From: Amoebidium appalachense
Taxonomy: Eukaryota; Protista; Ichthyosporea
DNA length: 64,000 bases
Direction of reading: 5' to 3'
Assembly (NCBI GenBank): GCA_963693365.1
Contig: CAVNZM010000002.1
Span: 434,001 to 498,000, forward strand
The notes below the pieces were generated by a model. The model worked only from the letters and a program-made list of their open reading frames with translations, was not told the origin of the DNA and did no database searches. A program made the position numbers and the translations under genes. Shown here in pieces: positions 55,441 to 64,000 of this stretch (position 1 is the stretch's first letter; the number at the start of each line of letters is the position of its first letter).

Positions 55441-55796
55441 GCCGTCTAACACGACGTCGTACTGAAGTGTTGCCGCACGTGCGACGTTTAACATCTACTC
55501 AGGCGGCCCTTTTAAGTTTAAAAAAAAAAAAAAAGAAAGAAAAAGAAAGGAGACACCGCCTCAGTAGGTGGTAGCATTGCCGTGGGCCTGTCACGGAAAC
55601 TGTTCTGGTCGACTTATTGGTATGACTACTGTACAACTATTGTAACCTAACGGCCCTGAAAATGAGTAACCTGCTCGGCGCTGCTACCACCTACTGAGGC
55701 GGTGTCTCCTTTCCTTTTTTTTTTCTCCCTTTTTTTTGCTTGAAATAGATGTATAACGTCGCACGTGCGGCAACACGTCAGTACGTGTTAGTCGGC
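55441..55796. repeat. ~355-bp foldback / inverted repeat (MITE-like or hairpin RNA)
   Basis: Perfect 32-bp arms at 55545-55576 and 55682-55713; imperfect outer arms GTGTTGCCGCACGTGCGACGTT / AACGTCGCACGTGCGGCAACAC extending to GCCG(T/A)CTAACACG. Confidence 0.85.
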
Positions 55797-55929
55797 GCTG
55801 TAGGTATGTACACGGCTCTATGTACAAGGCCACATGTGCACTGCATGCGCATGAATCCGATGATCGTTGGCACATGCGCATGTAAATGTATCATGAATTT
55901 CACGCCCCACGGGACCCACACACTGTGTG

Positions 55930-56850
55930 CGTGGGGTTTACACACTTTTTATTGCGTGGACATTGCCGGAGGCCCAGCCACTGTGTGCGTCTGCATGTGC
56001 CACGGACGGCCGCGGGGCTCACGCCCATCATCAGTTGGGCCGTGCTAACCTGTTTGCATGTACGTGAAACGGGCCCATTTATGATACCTGCAGCACGTCC
56101 ATATGTACGTGAAACTGGCCCATGTTTGATTCAAGGGGCCCGGGGGAACACGTCCATTCCAACTTCAAAACCTGCTCACGTTCGATAAGTCTTGCGGTGT
56201 TTCTAGATGGCCATGGTCTTGCGTCAATCCCATGTTTTGATTCAAGTGGCACGTGCAACTTTGAAACTTCAAAACCTGCTCACGTTCGATAAGTCTTGCG
56301 TGAACCTGCCCGTAATAATCAGGAAAACTGTGAATCCTAGGGTTCGTTTTTCACACGAACCGTTAGAGGTTTTGGGATACCGAAATGATAGACATCCCTT
56401 GAGATTGATGCAAACTTTTAGGAGGTTTCCCACGTCCTGCTCAGGATCTGACTGGTGCCGCTTTTTACAGATGGCGAGGCGTTCTATAGAATCTGTCCTT
56501 TATCCCCCCTGTAGTCCGGATGATTCACATTCACATTTTGAATCAATTTTGTGGCGCTTCTCAATTTTTACCCTGTGGTCCAAAAATACATGTTACTTAA
56601 GCAAAAACTTAGTTTTGGTAGTCAAAAAAACGCCCATATAATTTTTTTTTGGGTGTTTATGTCTATATTTTTCATGTTACTTAAAGAGGTTCGAGAGGTG
56701 GTGCGAGCTCCAAACAATGTGAATCGATCTGAAAACAATGTGAATCAATCTGAAAACAATGTGAATCAATTCGCGACTTCGAGTCGCGACTCACATGATC
56801 GCAGCCGCGCCAGCCGGGGGCCACGTGATCCGACATATCATACTAATTAA
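55930..56850. mobile_element. Microsatellite-free transposon-remnant-like block with internal direct repeats
   Basis: Shares ~48 bp with 39036-39084. AACTTCAAAACCTGCTCACGTTCGATAAGTCTTGCG at 56161 and 56265; 21-bp unit AAACAATGTGAATC(G/A)ATCTGA three times at 56712-56771. Confidence 0.4.
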
Positions 56851-56919
56851 TGACTAAGTGACACGTGCAGCGTGCGAGGGCTTTTAATGCCGGCATGTCA
56901 TAGTGCCTGCCAAATGAAT

Positions 56920-56989
56920 AGCGTGTGTCTGTAGGTGTGTGTGCGCGCGCATGTGTGTGAGTGGGTGGGTGGGTGGGTGCCGGGTGGGT

Positions 56990-57029
<40 letters not shown>

Positions 57030-57091
57030 CGGTCTGCACATGTGTGTACGGTGCGCGCGCGCGCGCGCGCGCGCGTGTGTGTGTGTGTCAT

Positions 57092-57177
<86 letters not shown>

Positions 57178-57289
57178 GAGAACGTGTGTGTTAGTGTGTG
57201 TGTGTGTGCGACTATGCTGTGTGTGTCATTATGGTGAACATTGTGTGTGGCACTGTGTGTGTGTGTGTGTGTACATGTGTGCGCACCGG

Positions 57290-57324
<35 letters not shown>

Positions 57325-57343
57325 GTGTGTGTGTGTGTGTGTG

Positions 57344-57392
<49 letters not shown>

Positions 57393-57625
57393 ATGTGTGT
57401 GTGTGTGTATGTACATGTGTGTGTGTGTGTGCAACGGTGTGTGTGTAGTGTGTGCGTGTGTGTGTGTGTGCGTGTGCGTGTGTGCGTGTGTGTGTATATG
57501 TGTGTGTATGTGTGTGCACGGCCGGGTGTGTGTGTGTGTACAAGTATGCCATGGTGTGTGTGTGCCTGTGTGTGTGTTTGCGTGTGTGTGTGTATGTGTG
57601 TGTGTGTGTGCTGTGTGTGTGTGTG

Positions 57626-57674
<49 letters not shown>

Positions 57675-57685
57675 CAGTGTGTGTG

Positions 57686-57730
<45 letters not shown>
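56920..57730. repeat. Long degenerate (GT)n array
   Basis: Visible directly; a similar degenerate (CA)n array lies at 150-670. Confidence 0.9.
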
Positions 57731-57731
<1 letters not shown>

Positions 57732-58318
57732 CGGTGGTTACTGTCACGGTTGGATGATGGCAGTAGCGCGTGTGTGTGGTCAGGCGGATGTTGTTGTTGT
57801 TATTAGAGAGAGGGAGGGAGGAGGAGGGGAGGGGGGGGGGGAGGGGGGAGGGGGGGAGGGGGGGGGGCAAACGTATGCACATACTCAGCCAGGCGAGCTG
57901 CATGTTTTGCTGGTTCTTTCCCGTGTATTATATATTGAACAAGTGTCCAGATTTGTAGATTGCCATAATAAATGGTCGGACATGCAGGTTTGCGTACACT
58001 TGCAATTTCACGTTCAAACAAAATTTTTATTCAATGATACAGTAACTCAGCTTGAAGCTCCTTCTAAATGTCTAAACAAAGTTTTACATAGTGTTCCGAA
58101 AAATAACTGTGATACTGGTACACTCTGATCTTAGCAACACAAGAATATATTCAGTAGTAGAAGGTACGAAATTTGAACTATTTAGTGTCTTACACTTGAA
58201 ATTACAACAGTCCCTCTAACGGTTAACTTGGGTATCATAGGCAATCCCCCCCCCCCCCCCCTCCCCCCACCACCATCATACACCACCACCACACACGCAC
58301 ACACACACACACACAGGG

Positions 58319-58351
<33 letters not shown>

Positions 58352-58353
58352 GT

Positions 58354-58424
<71 letters not shown>

Positions 58425-58675
58425 CCAAAAAAAGGGGGGGGAAGGGGGGGGGGAGGGGGGGGAGGTGAAGGAAAAAACACAAGAAGAACTCTTTGGCAAC
58501 AGCAAAGCCTGCAAGTGACGTGACTCTAACTTAACCATCGCGGCAGCAATTTTGTAGGTCACTCAGCCCTAGCTGGCCTCAGATAATTGCACAAACTCCG
58601 AGTGTTTACTTTTAAAACGCAGGACACTTGTTGGGAGGGTGCGAGGGCGAGTAGAGTCTTTTTTTTTTTTTTGGA

Positions 58676-58723
<48 letters not shown>

Positions 58724-59726
58724 CTATGTTCTGCAAACCCGGATTGGTGCACATTCTCTTTCTACTTTATTAACACGGAAAGATAGGCCGACATTGCAGC
58801 CAACTAAACACCAACACATACAAAAAGGCGGCACCGTACTCATACACACGAGCACAAACAAGCAAAAGGGGAATAATTAATGGGTGTTTTTCCCCCAATT
58901 TTTTCTTTTTTCTTTCTTTTTTACTCTTCGAATGTTAATCGCAATCATTGATAAGGTTGGGAACAAAGTGTCCGCTCGTGCTTCGATATCTATACAAGCA
59001 CGTGTCTGTAAATATGCATAGACTACCTCTTACCGCCTACAAGAAATGTGCTAAATTACTTTACTGCACGACGTTAACCCAGCTAAAATGGGGCTGTTGG
59101 CAAATGCATGATGTAGAGCACATGCCATATGAATGTTCGTTACACCCTCAGGATGGCCTTGTTTCAGCAACGGGTGTATACTGCAGCCTACATGTGAACC
59201 GTCCTATAATACACCCCGGCCACACTATGTAAATACATGTAGTTATATTATTGTGTTATTTGGTGAAAAAACCTAACTGATTTAACATGTACTTTCAACC
59301 AATAAATGTACGAAATACCCCAATTGAAAGCGAAAAAGGGTTCCTGGACCGGCCAGCCAATCAGAAAGTACCGTGCACGCAAAATAACCAGCACGCACCG
59401 GTAAACAACACCATGGGTTTGTCACCGTCCATATCTTAATTCAACACGTACACCTCATAGTATAGGCATTTTGGCATGCCGCAGTCGTCATAGAATTTAT
59501 CGCACGGTCCAGCGGGTGTCAGGTTGGCGAATGACTCCGTGCGAGGATTGGTCGGACGGCTGCTATTTACAGGTGACCCGCTCGTGGGGAGCATACACAG
59601 AAAGTGACGGGCGGCACATTAAACCAACGGCTGTAGGGGGGTGGTAGATTGCGGAGGGGGGATGTCACAGTGAAGCATGCATATATATGCATGCGGGCAT
59701 CCCCCAGTCGACGTCTCAACTTCCCC

Positions 59727-59757
<31 letters not shown>

Positions 59758-60373
59758 ACACGTGCACACACACACACACACCGGCCCATCCTCTTGTCCC
59801 TCCCTCCCGCGTTGATCCCTGTTCATCTATAAATAAATGCCCCAGTCAGGCTGCCGCAGTCCCAGACCTCTACCGACCACCGTAGCTATCCATATCCTTC
59901 CTCTCCACGAGTGCCACTATCCCAATCCGAGACCACCGGCCAAGCATGCCCTCCCCCACCTTCATGATCCCCCGGTTGCCATCCCCCCCCCCCCCCCCCT
60001 CCCCCCTTCCCCCCAGCTCTCCGTTATTGACTTTTATGATTGCGGTGCCCAATCAGAACAGAACCATAATAATTTATACCATAAATTTTGCTGTTTTCTT
60101 TTTTTTTTTTTTTTTTTTTTTGGGGGGGGGGGGGGAGGCCACTGGAGTGAAGTAGGTGTATCACCGCCCATCTGGGGGGAACCATGGCACCACAGGGTCT
60201 AGGTTTTTTTTTTTGCAAAGAGGCAACCCCCCCCCCCCCCCCCCCTTCCTCTAGCTTTGTGACGAAATGGGCCAGCTGCCTGGGTCTCAGCAAACCAATC
60301 ATCACGCACACTGCTGCATATGGGGACAGGCAAGACTGAACACTGCTTAGCCACCCAGATATCTAAATTGCAT

Positions 60374-60418
<45 letters not shown>

Positions 60419-60696
60419 AAAAAAAAAAAAAGACCTCCGAGTGCTCCTTTCCATAACCATTCCCTTCACATCATGGGATTGCCAAACATGGACAAGGGAT
60501 GACCGCAACTCAATGCTCAATTTATTGCTCGCTGCCAGGCGGCACAGCCACACACTACCGGTTCACGCTATGGCACGTGCACACACACACACCACCACAC
60601 GACCACGTGCACTCCACACCAACAAACACACGAACAACGAGGCAACATGCAGAATCTTTTTTTTGGGCTTTTGTAGGGGGGGGTTTTGCCGCCAAA

Positions 60697-60948
60697 TTAC
60701 AGCATGGGCACGACGCTGATCATCAGGAGGTCCATGTCGCACTGGCACTGTGCGTACATCTCCCTGGGGGTGTGTGTGAGGGCCAGCAGGTCGGCCTCCA
60801 CCTGGTCACGTGACACCCCACCAATGCCGTGGCCCAGGGCACGCATCAGCGCACACACGGCCTGCACGGGCTGCGGGTACTGAAGGAACCGCTCACCTGC
60901 AGAGGGGGGGGGGGGGGGGGGGGGAGAGTGTGAGGGTAATGAAGGGGC

Positions 60949-60992
<44 letters not shown>

Positions 60993-61334
60993 GTGTGTGT
61001 TTGTGCGCGCGTACAGCGTGAAAGATCACAAAGAAGACAACCGCAGAATACATGGTTAACCAGTAACAAAAAGACAAATCTTCGCATTGGGAGACACGAT
61101 TGAAAGATGCAACGGGGCGCATAAGCCAAGCAGGAGAAAGTCGGGGTGGGGTAGGTGGGGGGGGGGAGGGAGGGGGTAGGGGGGAACGAGGCCAGGAGGG
61201 AGCAAGGCACGGGGCAAAAACCAATGTGCAGGTGATATAAGAGACCCGGGAGAAGGGCCAGGGTGGGGGGGCGGGAGAAAAGGTCTACTGGGTCATCAAG
61301 GGCAGGCCGGCAGGGACATGTGTCACCAAAACTC

Positions 61335-61371
<37 letters not shown>

Positions 61372-61574
61372 CTTTTTTTTTTTTTTTTTTTTTTGGGGGG
61401 GGGGGGGGGGCACGAAAGCAAAAAACGAAAGCCATGTGGAACACACTGTACACACCGACACATCCAGGCATGCACATAGACCCAGCATGAAAAACGTTAG
61501 TCCCATTCCACACATCCCACCTATCCATTAAGAGTGCACCGGGGGAGAGAGAGAGATGGTTGGAAGAGAGAGAA

Positions 61575-61617
<43 letters not shown>

Positions 61618-62282
61618 GGTGATACAACAGTCAAGGGGGTAAAAGAAAGTTTGGTCTTGAAACTCAGCAGCTAAATGACCGCACCTCAAACAAGGATGCT
61701 AACACAAACAGCACGGGTGCATGCACACACGTGAATGAGTGGTTGTTGACACGTGTACCTTCCTGCATATACCTGTGTTTGATTGCTGGCGCGCGCGCGC
61801 GCGCGTGTGTGTGTGCATGTGTGTGTGTGTGTGTGTGCATGTGTGTGTGTGTGCATGTGTGTGTGCATGCATGTGTGTGTGTGTGTGCATGTGTGTGTGT
61901 GTGCATGTGTGTGTGTGTGCGTGCGTACCTGCGTGGGGTGTGCGTGCATGGACTGGTGAGTGTGCAGACGTGATTATGCATTCCATTGTACATCTGCCCA
62001 CGTGCGCTATCACTCCACTTCCTCGTGTGTCCTAGCGAGTGCCCATGCATGTGTGGCTGTCATTGCATGTGCATGCACTGTCCCTATCATCCCATCCCAA
62101 GCACTCTTCCAGGGGCACGTACACAGCACGGCACGTTCAAGGGTGAGCTCTGTGCTAGCCACCATTGCCGGGTGGGCCTCAGTGGGGATGGGCAGCAGAG
62201 GGAGCAGCTGGTGCACAAGAAGATGCGCCGTGGGGGGGTTGAGCGCCCAATGAAGCTTGTCAAGCACAACCTTCTCCATGCG
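60697..62282 (-). CDS. Cyclin family protein, last two exons; 5' exons not resolved or outside the window
   Basis: Exon 62282-62123 [23 protein letters not shown]...TLERAVL is the end of the cyclin box (ME..VL..L.W.L..PT). Exon 60896-60697 [20 protein letters not shown]...VVPML* is Cyclin_C-like. Phase-1 GT-AG junction. Confidence 0.8.
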
Positions 62283-62509
62283 CTGTGTGTGTGTGTGGGG
62301 GGGGGGGGGGGGGGGGGGTTGTGTAGGTGCGGGGGCGGGGGCGGGGGCGGGGGGCGGGGGAGGGGGGGGAGGGGGGGGGAGGGGGGGGGAGAGGGCAGGG
62401 GGAACGAGGGGAGGGAAAGAATGGGTGTGTGGTGTGGGGGGGGGGGGGGGAGGGGGGGGGGGGAGGGGCAGGGAGAACGAGGGGGAGGGAAAGAATGGGT
62501 GTGTGATGT

Positions 62510-62540
<31 letters not shown>

Positions 62541-62764
62541 AGGTGGTGGTACTGGTGGTAGGTGGGGAAGTCGAGGTGAGTTCGTGGGTGGTGGTGAGGA
62601 TGTGTGCATGTGGTGAAAAGGGGGAAGGATGGAAAGAGAAAGAGACAGAAAGAGAGGGCAGAGACGAGAGAGAGAGAGACACACACACACAGAGAGAGAG
62701 AGAGATAGAAAGACCAAGAGAGCGAGAGAGAACAGAAAGAGAAAGGGTGTGTGTATGCTGCAAG

Positions 62765-62990
62765 AGTTTAAAAAAGCGTTACAGAGTATTAAAAACAAGT
62801 TCACGACGGACAACACAAAAGAGAATGGAAGCACCCACAAACAGCATGCACCATAAGCAGAGGACATGTGTGTGTTGCATAAAAAAGGGGGGGGGGGGGG
62901 GGGGGGGTGGAGGTGTGTGTGTGTGTGTGTGTCTCAGAGAGGGGTGGAGGTGTGTGTGTGTGTGTGTGTGTGTGTCTCAGAGAGGGGTGG

Positions 62991-63036
<46 letters not shown>

Positions 63037-63145
63037 TGTTGCATGAGGTTTGGAATGCGTTAGAGTATGAATGAAGTGCACTTTATCAATGCAGAGTGCA
63101 AAAAACACATCAAGAGCATGGACATAAGCAGTGCCCATCCTCCGG
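62765..63145 (-). mobile_element. Two old, diverged copies of the intronic repeat family (~62765-62865 and ~63048-63145)
   Basis: Reverse complements read GAGGATGGGCACTGCTTATG...TGCACTCTGCATTG...ACGCATTCCAAA and CTCTGCTTATGGTGCATGCT...TTGTGTTGTCCGT...TAACGC; also resemble the diverged copy at 15121-15210. Confidence 0.55.
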
Positions 63146-63244
63146 GAAAGGTGGGGTGGGGAGGGGGGGGGGGGGGGGGGAGGGTGAGATGGTGGAGGAG
63201 GAGGTGGTGATGGGGACTGTGTGGTTGAATGTATGCATGTGTGT

Positions 63245-63295
<51 letters not shown>

Positions 63296-64000
63296 GAAAG
63301 ACGGGAGGAAAGAGAAAGAGAAAGAAAGAGAGGACGAGAGATAGGAAGAGGAAGCGGGAAAGGGAGAGGGAGAAAGATTTGTGTGCTCGTAAGGTGGGGG
63401 TGGGGGGGGGGGGGGGGGGGGGGGGGGAGGGGGGGCAGGGGGAGGGGGGGAGGGTGTGTGAGCCGTGGGTGTGTGTGTGCGTGTGTGTGGGTGGGACGGA
63501 GGCAAGGAGGGGGAGGGAGAGAGGGAGGGATAGAGAGAGAACGGGGAGAGGGAGAGAGAGAGAGGGAAGGAGGGAGGGAGAGAAAGAGAGAGAGCGGGAG
63601 AGGGAAAGGTAGGAGAGAGAGAGGGGGGGGGGGGGGGGGGGGGGACGGAGGGAGGGAGGGAAGGAGAGTGTGTGAGTTTGTATGCCCAAGTGAATGGGTG
63701 GGTAAAACGGTAGGGATGGGGGGAAGGGGTGTGCACGTGCACTGCAAACCAGCAGGTTTGCGCTGGCACATGAGTTTGGGTGTGTGTGTGCATGGGGCGG
63801 GGGGCTAAAGGGATGGACGAGAATAATGTGTGGTGTAGAAACAGTTGTCAGCCATGTCAGCCCCCCCCCCCCCCCCCCAAAAAAAAAAAAAGAGAGAGAA
63901 AGAAAAGAAAAACCCACCATAGTCCCACAAGCATTCCTGTCTTTCCCAACCCTTATCTCGGGCACTCACAACAACAACAACAAAAAACACCTGAACACCA

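Noticed and set aside
63740-63860. Candidate upstream cyclin micro-exons (ANLL; ADMADNCF)
   Set aside because: Too short, and splice sites could not be assigned with confidence.

Overview
Eukaryotic, intron-rich genomic DNA. Introns are full of poly-C/poly-G runs and (CA)n/(GT)n/(GA)n microsatellites, so almost all ORFs in the supplied track are repeat artefacts. The lineage cannot be fixed from sequence alone; a unicellular opisthokont or protist such as an ichthyosporean is my guess. Manual splicing gives about nine genes: a 16-exon Agd3/CE18-like polysaccharide deacetylase with a C-terminal membrane anchor (+), an MPC1-like mitochondrial pyruvate carrier (+), a tiny RING-like protein (+), a GT10 alpha-1,3-fucosyltransferase-like gene (-), an intronless double-finger GATA factor (-), an Rrn10-like protein (-) divergent from ISD11/LYRM4 (+), a secreted orphan (-) and the 3' part of a cyclin (-). 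The most unusual signal is a dispersed 100-245 bp repeat family of about 14 copies in two subfamilies. The copies are variably 5'-truncated, share a 3' end, usually adjoin poly-C tracts, always lie in introns in the host gene's sense, and carry a covarying RNA stem plus hammerhead-ribozyme core motifs in a non-canonical order. MITEs/foldbacks and a nested transposon-remnant block are also present. Three gene models break at short homopolymers, probably from assembly errors. All homology calls come from motif recognition, not database searches.
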